Positions 44,990 through 59,400 are shown, numbered from the stretch's first letter. The stretch is DNA of 64,000 bases from Hyphochytrium catenoides (GCA_900088475.1 FLMG01002637.1:8312-72311); one strand, 5' to 3'. The notes: generated from the sequence alone by a model not told the origin. Numbers and translations are program-made.

Positions 44990-47295
44990 GATGGAGCTGT
45001 TTCCTTGTACTATATAGTGATAGGAAAGCAGTAGAGTTCTCAAATCAGAAGATCCGCTTAAATCTATTCTCGCAGCAAAAAGCGAGGCTGGTTATTGGAG
45101 CTCGACTTTTTCTTGTTATCCGCAGCAGGTTAAGACAATCTCTCCGGCGTGGTTGATGGAAAGACTGCTCAACTGCGACTGAGCTTGAGGATGAGAAATA
45201 GAGAATGAGAAGAACAGCCTATGGCGCTGCACGCGCGGTCTACAGCCTCTGATACATTCTTCGGCCTCTACTTCGGCATCTTCCTTTGTATTGGAGGTGG
45301 CATATAGGTCCTAAGAATGAAGAAGAACTGCTATGAGACCAGGGAGCGGATCTTTGCCATTACTTCTTAGCCCTGCTGACTAGATAGATAGGTGTTCCCG
45401 TTGATTAAGGCACGAGGTACGAGAAGCGATGGACAAGATACAGGCAACGATGATCCGTTTTCAGCGTCGTTCTGGCTTCTTCTTTCCAACCAGGCAGTTC
45501 TATTACTGTCCAGGGGCTAGCCATCATCATCATTCTTAAACGATCGCCACCACCAACAAAGCCGTTAATAAGGAAGGAGATGAAGGCAGTCACGAAGAAG
45601 ATAAATATGATGGTGACGGTGCTATCCCTGTCATCCCTTCCTGATCCTTTGGTTGACCAGCTTCAGAGAGAGAAGGGCTATAGAGTAGGATGACCGGTTC
45701 TGACGCTTGTCGCGCAGCACTTCTTCCTCCTGACGCTTGAAGATCCTTCATCAGCGGAAGCGGATGGTGTCTTGTTGTTTTGGCTGTTTAGTCAGACCAT
45801 CCGGTCCTCTGAGTCTGATGCGAGGCCTAGGAAAGTCTGACCTGCAACATGCCATCCATGCTTCGTACTGTCGGGAAGTCAGAGCAGAGGCAATGGATGC
45901 TTTTGTATGTGGTGGTTACCGCATCCCTTCGCTCATTCGTGCTGGGATAGATCTGCTACAAGACCACAAAGTAGAGACGGGAAGTCTCAGCAAAGATCAA
46001 AGGAGCAAGATGATGATTCAATTGTCTGCCCCCATCCACTGTTTGTCTACTTGTCACACACCATTCCAGCCTTCCTCTGAACCGCTCTCCCACCCATCCT
46101 CTTTCGTGTACCCTCCTCTTTCCTTCTTATTCATCACCAGTCCAACATCAGGAAGCAGCCATCTGTTGCGTTCTTTTGTCTATTATTGTTCCCTAGTTCT
46201 ATGAGCTAAGTCGCCTTGTCTGTGGGAGCCTAAGATCTCAAGCTTTCCTGCTGTTGATGCATCTCCAGTGCATAACGAGCTGAAGAGGTAGGCAGCCAGC
46301 AGCGGCAGGAGGGTGGTAAGACGAGCAAGGGAAGAAGAGTAAGACTGGGCTAACGGTAGATACTGCGTCACCCATCTAAACCTCTTGCTTACATACGGAC
46401 GGACTCACTATCAGAGGAAGAAAGTCTATAAAAGGACGACTCCAATGGCTTCATTGTACCACCAGAAGATCCACCATTGAGCATCGACACAGTCGGCTCG
46501 GGCCCGTGGTTGTATGGCGTCTTGTGTGTCTTCCACCCTCCTTCACCACCCGCCACGACATGGCAGCGATGGACGAACGAGCTGTCGTCAGAGTACGAGT
46601 AATCAACATATGAGACGGTAATTTTCCGCTACGCGGCGGGCAAGAGAGGGGCTGGTTCGGCCAGCAAGTCACGAAAGGTGGCGGCATACAAGCAGAGAGT
46701 GTAGCACAGCTCACGTAGCTATACTCAGGGCGCCTCAAGCATGTGTAAAGCCCGAGAGGAGAGATGCCGCGTCTGGCTAGTAGCTCTTGGTGCTGCCCAT
46801 CCTTGATGTTTATGGGGGAGATCAGAGGAGAGGGTGTGTCTACTTAGTTGTTGATGCTCAACCGCACACCAGTCTAGACTGGTTGTTCTGCCTTCTTGCA
46901 TTTGGTGGAGGATGGAGCTGGCTCTCTCCTGGGAAGTGATGCCAGTGATGACAGCCGACACTGCCAGTCCGCAAAGTCCCTTTATACTGGTCATACTATC
47001 GTGATGTTGATACAGAACAAACTGGTAGCAGGCAAGATGCAGTTATATTTCCCCTATTATCCCCAAGCTCTGATTCCCTTGCCGACAAGAGGTCTTTCTC
47101 GGATAATCATTTTGAGCATCGGGCGGCTGATGAGACTGAACCACAGAAGTTAGACCAATACTAGTGATGATCAGTTGACTGCTGTGACGTTTGTCCGTGG
47201 CTTATGAAGACGATTGTCCTAGTCGTAGATTCATCATGCCAGTCACAGCACCGCTACTATATGATACCGGAGTGAAAGGATTGGGAGAAGGCTCA

Positions 47296-47884
47296 TTTTC
47301 TTCTGCTCACCCGATGACATGACAGAGGATGCAAATGTATGATAAGCCTCGGACTGGGGGGATCAAACCGGCGCTTGACACCACTAGCCTGGGACCTCTC
47401 CTTGCCGCCTAGCTGGGTCAAACGGGATGGAGGAGGCTCTTGGTCCGTTGGTAAGAGCCGGGTCCTAGCTCTTGAACTAACTAACAAGAACTAAGCGTAA
47501 GGTATGGACTCCTTACCGCCTAAATAATAAACACGTACAATCATCTCCTCTAACATAGGTCCGGCATAACGAAGGGCGGGCGGGCGCGATTGTTTCTGCG
47601 TCTAGGTTCTGGACAGGCGGCAAAGGCTGAGGCTGACCGAGCATATTTGAGACTGAGGAGCGAGGTGGGACTGAAGACCGAGGTGCTTTCTAATAACCGC
47701 GCCAGGACGAAAACCTAACATCCTCCGGATATTTTACCTTTCCTTCTGCTCACCGGGATGACGTGACAGAGCATGCAATGTGTGACAAGCCTCTGGCTGG
47801 AGGATCAAACTGGTGCTTGAGATTACTAACCTGGGAGCTCTCCTTGTCGCCTAGCTGGGTCAAGCGGGAGGAGGCTCTTGATCC
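47296..47884. repeat. Pair of ~150-bp imperfect direct repeats (47296-47446 and 47738-47884)
   Basis: ttctgctcacc..gatgac(a/g)tgacagag..ggatcaaac(c/t)gg(c/t)gcttga..cctggga..ctccttg(c/t)cgcctagctgggtcaa..gaggaggctcttg occurs twice; most differences are transitions. Confidence 0.9.
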
Positions 47885-48850
47885 CCAGGGAGTAGGGCGT
47901 CGTAGCAGTGCGATGTGTGCGCGATTAGCATAGCGAGTTAGCGTAGCGAGTGTTGAGGAGTGGTAGTTTGTTGGGACCTCCTGCCTGCTTGGACCCTACC
48001 ATCCTATTCTAGCCGCCCGCCGTGTCTTTCCGTTTGGACGGGTTGATAGGCCGGGTAGCCTTGGTAAGCGTCAAAGTGCCTGCGCCCCAAGGATTTGATG
48101 GTTTGGTCGGCCGCCTGACCGTTCATTAGTGCAGTGGCGCCTCCTACCCTCAGGGAGTGCGTTGAGTACCGTTCGGGTGGATGTCCGCACTTTGCTGCTG
48201 CAGCTTGCTTCACCAACTTGGCCACGTTCTCGGCAGTAACAGTGATTCCGGGCGGTCCTCCCGCTAACCCCTGCTCGCCTGGATGACCCCAGGCCGAGTG
48301 CACCGCCTTCAGCAGACGGCCTGCCTTGACAGGGCACAGAAGAGAGTGTCCCGAGCAACCTCCGTAAGCGACTATGAGACCCTCTCCCGATCTGGTCGTT
48401 TTCGCCGCAGCGTAAGCGTAAATCGATACCCAAAGCCGTAGGCCATTGATTCTAAGGACGCAGGGGTGGGCCTCGGTGCCCATGAGGCAGTACTACGACC
48501 TTCTGAGGGGGAAGCAGTACGCCAGAATAGTGAGCCCCATAAGAGTTGGTGGTGTGGTGTGTACCAAGAAATAGCGTCTGAGAAGCGCAGCAGGATTGGC
48601 AAACGGTCACGGGCTGCTTCTGGGCAGTGAGAGCCGATTCGCGGCTAAGGCCCTGTCTTAGGACATGGTGCCCTCTGTGTGCCATCCTGGGCATCTCGTT
48701 GGAAACCATATGATCGGCAGTAGTAAGCAGCGAAAGGGCCACTCTGCTCAGTATCCGCTGGTTGCTCCTGGGAATGTGGCAGTCCGACGTGGTGCTCAGG
48801 CACAAGGGTGGCATTGACAAACACTTCACCTAGCCAAAAGTGCCGAGTGC
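47296..48850 (-). mobile_element. Truncated tyrosine-recombinase retroelement (DIRS order, Ngaro/PAT-like) with 3' split direct repeats
   Basis: The YR C-terminal motifs LCPVKA, YSTHSLRVGGATAL and IKSLGR.HFDAY.GY lie in ORF 48004-48483, with frameshifts upstream. Two ~150-bp direct repeats lie downstream. Confidence 0.8.
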
Positions 48851-49768
48851 TACGGCCTTACGAGGGCCGCTACAAATTGCTATAGCTGTTCAGAGAGGAA
48901 CAGAGGTGGTGCCTGTTAGGGAAGCCGAGAACGTGGAAAGGACGTAGGATTATCTTAAGCAAGATAGAATAACCGACAAACATCTGTGCTGTCTTAAAAA
49001 ATATCTGTAAGCACAGGATACTACTAGGTAGTAGGTGTTGGCTTGCTCTGACCCATCCAGCTACCGTGAGCCGCACCATACTACCTCAAATGGTTTCTTA
49101 GTGGGTCGTGGGCGCTGTCGGTTTCCAGATGATGGAGCTTGCTTCTTCCCTCAGCCTCTCTCAGTTTCTCCAGGATAGAGTACCAATCACTTAGAAGCTA
49201 CAAAGCAGCATAATGTTCTCTTTCCTTCCAACTATCTGCCTTTTCACACTTCCACTCAAAAGGTACCGCCTTGACTTTGTTCGCCACTTTGAGCACGTGC
49301 TATTGAGGCCCCTTCCAATAGAGGCCTCTTACCGGGATCAGCTTAATTAATGATTCAAACTCTGCTCACATATGCATATTGTTTATTGCTTGCCTCTCTC
49401 CTCTTTTGTCTAACTTTAGGGTATCCTCTTGAGATCAGCGGTGCTAGTCCCCTTCATTGGCCTCTTGTAACTCTTTGTGATTTAGGCACAATAAGTAGCT
49501 AGCTTGTGCTGTCCCAGTAGTTTTCACTACCAACTCCACCTCCATTCTTCCTAGGGAAGTTTGACTTCAAATCTCACCGCGGGAGCCAGCAGCAGAGCTC
49601 ACTGGTGTAGGCAAGGGGATGCCCTTGCAACCCGCAATGGTCTCGAAGAAGAGACCAGAGACATAAGGTGGGGCTGTCTAGTCGCACTTATGCTAGATGC
49701 CAAAGTTAAGGATGGACGGTGAGTCCTATATGACATCAGATGGTCCAGTAACTACCTGTCCTTTAGTG

Positions 49769-52473
49769 CTAATGAGCGTTGGAGTTCACTTGAGAAAAGA
49801 CTCTGAGGGGATGTGCCTCAGTGTTGAAAGTGTAGTCGTCGAGAGATATGTTATGGTACGGGTCCATAAGAAGGTAGGCATATTTGAAGACTTCAGCGAA
49901 GACATAGCTTGGCTGACCATCGTTGAGTAGCCTTGCCTGAGCTGGACTATTGAGGGAAGACGATGAACGTTTCTGGCGAACATCATTGTACTCCGCTAAA
50001 CCATACTTGGCAATACAGCCATCTCGTATAGACTGTTGGGTCAAAGGAACATGATAAGTCACTTCTCCGACTAGTGTGAAGTAAGACCACACCCAGCCGA
50101 AGGCAATGAACACGTTCAAACACTAGAGTAGCACTCGGAAAGACTTTTGCTGCAAAAAAAAAAAAGGTTGAGGATCCACGAATGGGAAACGAGGCCTAGT
50201 GGTTGGCGACAGAAGAGGAAGTACATTCTAGGAGACGCATTATAGGCCAGAGGCGAGGTGAGAATAGCTAGATTTGATGTTACCTGAAAAATTTTCCAGC
50301 CCATTTCTCTATATATAGGGTCTCCGGTAAGCTCGTGCAGGTAGAAAAGGGACTCTAATGTCTCGGGTCTCAAATAATACGTAGGGTTTGATATATCCTG
50401 TAGCTTTCCTTTCTCCGAGAACTGGTATGTGTCCCCCGAGAGCCCTGAAGGCTGCGAGACAGTGTGAGTGCGTTTATCAGCTGGCGATACAGATACGTGT
50501 CATCGCTGTAAACCTTGCTCCTACCGTGGAGGTAAAGAGCTTGACACACGTATTAGCGAGTTTCCCGGCCAACGCAAGCAGCTCCTTCCCTTTCTCTGAC
50601 ATAATAGGCTGATAAACAGATTCAGAGCCCATTGCGAAAGCGCCCAGGGCCAGGTTTCCGGGAAGATAGCATGTTAACTCTTCCATCCTCCAGTCCTACA
50701 CAGCGGATACGTGGAGTTAGACAGCTGGGTGTGCTGTGGAATGGTCATTCACTCTCACCGATGATAGCTCCCCGTCGAAACTCATATAGCCTCCCGTCAC
50801 AATAGGGATTTTGAGGCGCCTAAACCTCATGCCCGGTGAAAGGTCATCAACCTCCTTTAACAAATACTCTTGCATTGATGTCACTGCCTTCTGCCATGTC
50901 TCAAGTAGCCAATTCTCAGCTTTGCCTCCTTGTAGGTAAACCTAGACGTAAAATTGGAGGTATCAAGTCGCCGTGCCGTGCAATAGGAATTTGGGCACAA
51001 GCGTTTAGAACCTTGACGGGACAGAATGACATGCATAAGGAATACCTCACCTTCAGCAGATACTCATAGAAGGAGTCTGCCAAACCGCCTACACTGATTG
51101 GAGAAACCTGAAAAGTGCCGCGTTCAACGTCATAGTGGGTGAAAAATAGGCCGCCTATTTCTGGCTTAGCCTCCCTAATGCGCTCATAGATTGCGTTGGC
51201 CCGATCTGCATAGGAGGAATTTCCGGTAACATGGGAGAGGTAGCGCATCTCTAGTTGGTAAGTTCCCATGTCAGCTAGGGACGTTCTGGAGGACATAAGA
51301 ATGATCTTAGAAAGGTCATGCCAGGGACCTGACGCCAGAACCTTAGTGAATGGGTTCGACAGCCACTTCTTTAGAGTGAGAATTTGCATGGGACAATGAA
51401 AAAGAAGCTTATTCACGAGTCAACCACTCACACGTCGGGACCTAAGTAAAGGCCGCTGCTGGAATTGTCCTTGAGATTGAACGCCATAGGCGGCACCCCA
51501 GTCTTTGTCCCTTTGAAAGCTCTTATCATTTTGTCTGCCAGATGTCGTGCCTTGGTTAAGAAGACTGAATCCTCCGACAGGTCATATGCGCTAAGTAAAC
51601 CTCCTAAGTTGCGAATGCTGGTCTCAAACAGTGAGACATAGCCGCTCTCTATTTTCTCGAAGTCCAGCGTTTTTGCGACCCATTCCCGTGCGTCTTGGAA
51701 CTCTTCCTACAATGAAACAAAAGGATTGAAGAAAAGCCGATGAAAGAGGGACGACGGATGAGTACGGGGCAGAGGTCGTGACGGACAAGCTAGCACATCG
51801 AGAGGCACTAGCTTCTCAATAAGAAGGGGCTTCTCCAGGCAACAGACAGGGTTATAATAAGCAAGAGGCGGCAGACCGCATTAGTTTGGAAGACCTTGAG
51901 ACCCAAAATGAGAAGGGTTGAGAGAGAGTCCAGAATAGTTGTCCCTTGTCCACCGAATGGCTGCTTTATCGCCCCACTGACTGGGGCAAGCTCGTCTGCT
52001 CCCCATGCCCTTCCATGTTAAGCGATGTATTAGTGCTGAATGATACACGCTTCCTAACGTAAGTATGATCTTATTGCACACCGTCCATAGGATTCTTACC
52101 GCTCCTTATAGTTTCTGAACATGAATTTGATGACTTCCCGGATATTCTTTCGTCTGAAGGCTAGCTCTGGGGTGTCCGTATCAGTATATCGACCTTCACG
52201 GGCTCTCGCTCTCCGCGACGTTAAGTACGCTGCTCTTCTTGCCTCATGGTCCAATCCATTATCCTCCCATCGCTCACTGCCCCTAAAGCCTCCGAAGTGC
52301 CCAAATCGGGACGTCAGGGTGTCACCGAAGCTAGCGCTGGTCTCATCCCTACTTCCTAAGGAGTACCATAGCAGTAGCTGGCAGCTCACAACGACGCATA
52401 CAAGTATTCCAATTTTGAAGCGTGGCCGTGAAGCAGAGGTGCGCCCTCGTTGTTCCTTCCTCGCTTCTTTCAT
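49769..52473 (-). CDS. Glycoside hydrolase family 47 alpha-1,2-mannosidase, type II membrane protein, multi-exon
   Basis: N-terminal TM segment. Spliced motifs AWGADELAPVS, TILDSLSTL, VSLFETSIRNLGGLLSAY, LADMGTYQLE, GGLADSFYEYLLK, MEELTCYLPG, YYLRPETLES, SYVFAEVFKYAYL and FNTEAHP. Internal exon edges are only partly resolved. Confidence 0.92.
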
Positions 52474-53899
52474 CTTGATAAGGTCTAAGTCGCGGACTCA
52501 AATGTCCCGCAAGAAAGCTGACATGGAACTAGGCATTTCGACAATTACCAGCGTCCACCTCGTAATTGATTGAGAATGACAACATGCATGCCGGCCTCCT
52601 GTTCAGAGGGAAGCCTCTGTCATCAAACCCTTATTGCGGCAAAAGCTGCTCTCGAACAAAGATACAGCTCCTCTCATCCCGCGAAGAGCAGGAGAACCCG
52701 CCGCAGGATGGAGACGGCAGTTGTTATCAGATTGCCAACAACAGCCTCTCTCTTGGACAGCACCAAGTACGAAAGCAGATGGCCAATAAAGATTTTGGAG
52801 AGATGGCCAATAGTTGTCTCACGCCGCGCAAGCATGATCTCCAAAAACAGAGACTCAATCATCGTGCCTTCAATCAGAGCCAACCCCTTGCACTTACAAC
52901 AAAGAAGACGAAGAATCCACCCACCACGCGCCATCTTTTTCCTACTTCTCAGGTATCTCATGGCCCAAGGCTCATCTCATCTCCCTCCTCTCGCCTCTAT
53001 GGTTGAAGTGTGTGTGCGAGTCGTTCTACAAGCCATCCTTCAAGTGTCCAGCGCAACCTAGCCCAACAGGTACGTAGGGATAACCTCTAGAGTTATAGTA
53101 GACAAGAATCAAGGTGCGCACCTAATGGTTATCGGCACAGATTCTCTAATGTCTAACCCTGTAGCAAGGTGCGCTAATCTGAGAAAAAGGTATACTGCTT
53201 ATTAATTCCGCTAACGTCTATATCCATGAATCATCTGGCAGATGTGATTGAGGATGATGGGTTGCCGCAGTGCTGCAGGATGATCATGATGCAGCTAGCT
53301 GCAGCCGACCTACTGCTGCCGCAGCCAATCTCCATTCTCTTCCTTGCTTCCCATCCTGTGCACTCCTTACCCTGTCCTCTCTTTCTTATGAGATGACAGC
53401 CACCACGACGGTATTCTACACGTTCTCCGTTCTCATCGAAGTGGTATTATTTTGTGAGAGTCTGCCTTCTTCACATGGTGAGGGTTGAGCAGGGCACTAC
53501 ACCTTGGTGGTGCTAACCTCATGGTAGGTAGGAGATCTTTCAACGCATGGCATCTTACTAATCCCATGAAGAAGTATTAGGAGGCTCACCTAACAGGAGC
53601 TACCACATGCGCTTGGCGGTAATACAGAGACGGAGCATCGTGGGGAGATCTATTATCTCCGTCCATGATGTCAATCAAACATTATCGCATGGTGCTCAGG
53701 GTATTATAGTAGGCGAGCTCTTCATTTCTGTCTTGGTCTGCTTGCGTATGTCATCGCGTTCTTCGCTGTGGCAGCATTAAGTTACTGTCCTCCCTGCCGA
53801 AGGTGACTAGGCTACCCTATCCTTCTGGACCTTGCAGCGGATCCCCCTCTTCGATCTCACTTAACTAAAAGTCAGGGTATTAGCGCGTTTGCCCTCTAG

Positions 53900-54180
53900 A
53901 ACTGGTTCTTCGGTGGTTCCTGTAACTGTACCCTGCGCATCGAGATCACAAGTACTTCTTGGAATCGAGTTCCAGACGTTGGTGGGCGCACACTAGCCAT
54001 GTTTATTCCTTACAGACCCCTGACCGAGAACCAGACGAAGATAGTGAACAAGGCATTGGCTTTTGTCCAGCCGCGACATAGACCACAAGATGACGAAGTG
54101 GACACGTGACCTTCATCTTGTAGAGCTTGAACTTACTAGTCGGAAGCATGGCCCTATGGGCTTTGCTCCTAATAAGTGAT
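53900..54180 (+). mobile_element. Short degenerate Ty3/gypsy integrase fragment related to the element at 61.6-64 kb
   Basis: Reads PLTENQTKIVNKAL / DIDHKMTKWTRDLHLVELELTSRKHGPMGFAP (one frameshift), versus PLTDGHTTEIVNKAM..YMDYKMTNWERDFHLIEFAYNSRKHAATGFAP in ORF 62129-62647. Confidence 0.8.
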
Positions 54181-54467
54181 CGAGGAAGAGTCGAGCCATT
54201 CTGCAGAAGGTGATACCGAAAGGAAGAGATGAGAAAGCAAAGATTTGGGCAAGCACCCGCAGTCAGTCTTTGATACACTGACAGGGGAAAAGCGAAGAGG
54301 AAGAATAAATGGAGCTTGACCTCCATGTGCAGGAGCCCTAGGAAGCCGCATCTGAGGACCATGCCAAGGAGAGAGCTTGACTCCCGTCACTGGATCCTGA
54401 GATCGGTAAAAATAACACCTCGGCGGCTGCTTGCTTCAGTTCTTTGGACTATGAATTTATCCATGGG

Positions 54468-54491
54468 TATATAATATATATATATATATAT
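54468..54491. repeat. (TA)n microsatellite
   Basis: tatataatatatatatatatatat. Confidence 0.85.
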
Positions 54492-56497
54492 TCTATGTCG
54501 CATATCACCCCTTTCACGCTTTTATTTTCAAAAGAACAGACAAGGATGAGACAATAGGGTCTTTAATTTTAGTTCATTAAAGGACGAAGGCGGCATTTAC
54601 TGAAGTAACAACGATTGACTTCAAGGGCCGATGTCGGAAGTGGTGGTGGACTGTCTGCCAGCGTGGCAGAGACCCTGAATAAAGTCATGCTATCGCCACT
54701 CGTCGTCCACAGTCACTTGCCAACCTGGGCGACTTCTTTGAAGCGAATTTCCCCGAAGCCAAAGACGCTGTTGCTTTACACTAGTGATGAGCCATATAAA
54801 TTACTGACTATTACTACTACTTATAAAAAAAAAGACATTGACACCTATGGTCGATCTGCGATAACCTCCTGCTATCGTACGGCAGCTGCCAGACTTCCAT
54901 TATAGTCTGATGAAGCCTCTTCTCTACAGGCCGTACCACCAGTTTGTCTCCTGCCCATCTCCAACAACAGCCCCTTCCACAGGGAACTCAGACCCGCAAG
55001 CTTTGATCTACGCCCCGCACGGCTGCTAGGCATCCATCTGCTGACCAGAACGGGGCTTAAAGTACTTGGCGAAGTGCAAGGCTTGGATATAACGGGGCTC
55101 TGAGTATGGTGTAGAGATGCCGCCGAAATACGCCTTTAAACCGAAGCTGAGAAGTCACTGTGGCAGTCTGACTTCTTCTTGTTCCTGGCAAAGGTCCTTC
55201 AAGGGCAATGCGGTTACAAGTGTCCTATTTGCTACTCGCTCTTCCGACTATCTCCCGCGACCGCTTAGCCATCATAGGATGAGAACAGACTAGCACTTGG
55301 ACACAGTGCTCTGATTTGAGGGAGAGCCAACAAATGGCTCTCAGCAAGAGAGTTTCTGTTCTGTTTTTCCTCTTCGCTCTTCTCTCCGCTGACGTTCTAC
55401 TCTTCTCTCTCCCTCTTGTTCTCTGTTTCCCACCTCATCGGTAGTAGATTGACCTAACGGATCGGAAAGACTCTCTTCTTCTGGTCGAAAAGACTCGCAT
55501 AGAGATCCGTGAAAGTCCTCCTCTAGAACTACTTACTTGTCTTCAGTTTTATTGAGTCCTGGCCAGCCAAGGTAAGTACAAAAAGATTGACAATGGACCT
55601 CAAAGCGCTGTGTCTGTCGGTTGCTGCGAAGCTTGCGGATAAACTACGTTTTCTTCTGCTCACCTTAGAGTCCACTCCTACTCTCACACCACCTGGTTAT
55701 TCCAACCGCCAGAAAGCAGCCTCCACCACTCTTATTACTATGTGTTTCTTTCAGCATAGTAGAACTACTGCTTCTTCTTAGATCCAACGGTAGACCAATA
55801 AAACAGTAATAATCCGCTTACAAAGGTACAACGACAGAGCAATAGAACAGAATAAGTCGCCTTCTTTCAGTTCTGAAGGCGTCCTGAGGTTCTTTCTCAA
55901 CTCTGCCCGCAGCATCGGGCCATGTAGTTCTACATCCGGTGACTTGACACGAGCGAGAGAACCAGTGCCTTGATTACTTTTAGCCCGTACTTTAGAGCTG
56001 GTCATTGGATGAAGCCACAGAGGGAAAGACTAGTAGTAAAGTGTCAAAAAGCAACATCAGCTGCAACACCACCATATTTTATCTTAGTAGAGCTGGTGTT
56101 TTATTACTCTGGAGTAGGTAATTCTTAGGGTTAGATTAGGCTCATCTTATACATAGGATAAGACAGATTGCATAGGTGGAGGTGCCTCAACCTCCAACAG
56201 CTTGAGTTCTATCTAGGCGTCCGTAGATCTACATCTTGCCTGGCACCTCTTGCTGCAGCGTCTCAGTATCATACGTGATAGAATTACCTCCTCCCTAGAC
56301 TGCTTGCGATGAACATCATCCTCAGATGTCAACCAAGGCTTCTTCTCGAAAGTGCTCACTTCACAACGTCACCTCTCCCCGCTACGGGCGACGCCAGTGA
56401 AGGGTTCAAGAACTTGCAGACGTAGATAGGCCAACGCGGCTCACTACATCTTCGTAACGAAAGAGAGCAAGCCCGTGACACTGCTGAGGCACTAGTT

Positions 56498-59400
56498 ATG
56501 GTGTGGTCTCTAGTCTTGTCGCGTGGTGCCGTACTATTGCTGGCAATATGTGCTAATTCTGCAACACCACTTGTCCTTGCGGATAGTATAACAATCGCAG
56601 CAAATGACTCCCGTGTTCAACTACCGCCTGTGGCTCCCGTCAGGCCGAAGGAAGTCTACTTCGGCAAGGTTAATGGAGAGGATCGTGGTCCTAACCCAAT
56701 GGACCCGCCAAAAGTCTTAGTAGATGACTATGACTGGCTCTATGACCCCCACAGAAACAGTTCTGAGGGAACAGCTTACCTCAAAGCCGAGACTTCCTAT
56801 TTTCAACACATGACGCAGCACTTGGCAAACGCGAGCAGGCATCTACTTGCCCTTACTACCAAGTTTAGCGGGGAGGTATGACCTGGCCACCACCATGCGC
56901 CTTATCTGACTGTGGGTGCTCGGTTCTTGTCTGCCCTTGCACTATTGTTCTAACTCTCCGTCGTTTGTTTTGGTTTTCCTCTCCGTCATTTGTCCTCTAG
57001 ACCTCAAAGACATCTCGGAGCCAACAATATCACACCCACACTCTGCAACGACGCTATGATGGCTCTCTGATGAGGAGACACGGTCGAGATCGTCCAGCAC
57101 CTTCCTCCCGCCATTTGAAGGTTGATCAAGAGGAGAACGACGTGACGGGTGAATTGAGAAAGCGTCTTTGCAAAGATAAAGATTTCTGCGCTACATTTTT
57201 TGCGTATAGCGAGGACAACGCGCTTCTCGCGTTTGGAGTGGTATGGGTCCCTTCATCTCCAGCGGCTTGCCGCTCTTTCATGAAGGGTTTGTGCCTCTTT
57301 AACGTTTCCATCTATTTTTTCTCCGCTCGACCTCTCTCATTCAGGACTATGAGGGTGACGAGTTGTATAGCCTTCGCTTCATGAACGCGTCCAGTCGCGA
57401 AGAGTTCAATGAAAGGATAGACATGGTCCCGTCTTCTTCTTGCTCATGGAGTAGCGCCGCCACGACCACGGTCTTCTATTACACGACCGGAGTGGGACCA
57501 AACCGATCGGACAAGCTCTGGCGTCACGTTCCGGGTACCGCTGTGAGCACAGACGAGCTCCTCTTCGAGGCCGAAGACAAGGATGACTACGTCTACGTGA
57601 GCCAGATCACTCATCGGTACATTAGACTGCTGTCTTCGTTCAAGCCTGTCATTTTCGTTTTGTTGAGGAGAGGACACTCATGGGAAATATTTTCTTTTCT
57701 CTGCACTGCTAGCTATGTTATCTTTAGTGTCACGAGTTGGAACTACTACGTCACTTGGTTCATTGATCTTGAGGTTGACGGACGTCTGCCGCGAGTCATG
57801 GAGCCCCGAACTGACTTGTTCCTGTACCAGGTAAGCTTGTCATTGCCTAATGTCTTCCGAATGAAACTGAACTTCTTTACCACCTCAATAACAACCATAC
57901 TTCTCCCTTCTATCCTTGCCCACAACCTACAACCTAGCCCACCCTCTCCGGTACCGACACACTCTACATAATAGCATCAGAGGTTGGTCAGAATGGGAAG
58001 TTGCTGATGGGAAATATTAGTGAACCTTCAAGAAAGAACTGGAAGGAGATTCCCGTCAGCGAAGATTCCACAGTCGATCTGACTTCTGTGGTGTGCTGTG
58101 CTACACGATGTGCTGTCCTTGGGCGTCAAGGTGTTTACATTCACTTTCTTGCCTTCTTTTCTTCCCATCTTTGATATGAAGCTCTCTCAATGCCTCACGC
58201 CTTAGCTGTCATGTATGGTGGAAGTTATGCTATGCATCCCCGTTACTTTCTCCCTAATCGTCCTAATTCAAGACAGGTCCACCTGACCTCGAAGCCTTTG
58301 CTTTCCTCATGATTCACCAGCAGGACCAAGGTTTGGACTATGGATTCTTGACAAGGACGCTGCGCTACCGGTGGCAGACTTTAGGGAAGGAAACGAGACC
58401 TTTGCTCTTTCTCCTTTCTGCAAGGACTCTGATGGTGCTACTGATATCCTATTAGTGATTTATGAGAGCAGGGTGAGCACCTTTACGTTAGTACAATCCA
58501 CCTGAACGGAAATGGCCGTCATCTTGACTTTGTATCTCCTCCTTCTCCCCTTCCACCCTTCTCCCACGCTTCTCGTCGCTGCTCTGGGGCGGCTCATGAA
58601 TGATGTAGATCACACCACCTAAGACGTTCGAGGTTGACATGCTTACTGGAGAGAAGACGTTCATCTCGGTAAGTGTCACTAGAGTCTGTTTTCCCTATCC
58701 GGCGGAGTTCATGAGTCACACTTGACAATTGCTTAGATTCTTTGAATGCTTTTCTCATTTGAACCTCATACCCCACCCAGCAACAAGCCATCCCCAACTT
58801 CAGACGAGATGACTTCGTGGTGGAAGACCTCCTAGTCAGGTCTCATGACGGTGCAGAGGTCCCGATGTCTGTGCTCTATAAAAAGTCTCTAAAGAAGCCA
58901 CAAGGAGTGCCTCAGGCAACCATCTTATATGGCTATGGCGGGTTCCAAGTGCCCCTCGACCCCTTTTTCTCTAGCACAAAGTGAGTGAGACTAAACACTG
59001 CACCGGAGTTGAACATATTAAACAACTAAATCTTTTCCACCTCTTCCGACGCTCTGGCCTTCGTCTCATCTCTTCATTCTTTGTCTCAAGTCTGGCACTT
59101 GCGGAACTGGGAGTCATTCTCGTGACAGCTAACGTTCGAGGCGGGACAGAGAAGGGTCAGAGCTGGTGGGCGGATGGCAGACTGCTCAAGAAGAAAAACA
59201 GCTTCTACGACTTCATTGCGTGTGCAGAGAGGCTCATTGAGATGAACTATACCTCTTCTGATCTCTTGGCCCTGTCAGGAGGAAGCAACGGTAAGGGCAG
59301 TGCCGTCCGTCTTTGTTCTTCTATTAGTGATGAACCACATGGCGGCCGAGTGCCTAATAGTCTCTGGCCCGCACACCTTCATCCCGCCGTGTCGTCAGGA

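Noticed and set aside
47296-47884. CRISPR-like repeat-spacer arrangement
   Set aside because: Only two long repeats, eukaryotic context, no cas genes; explained by YR-element termini.
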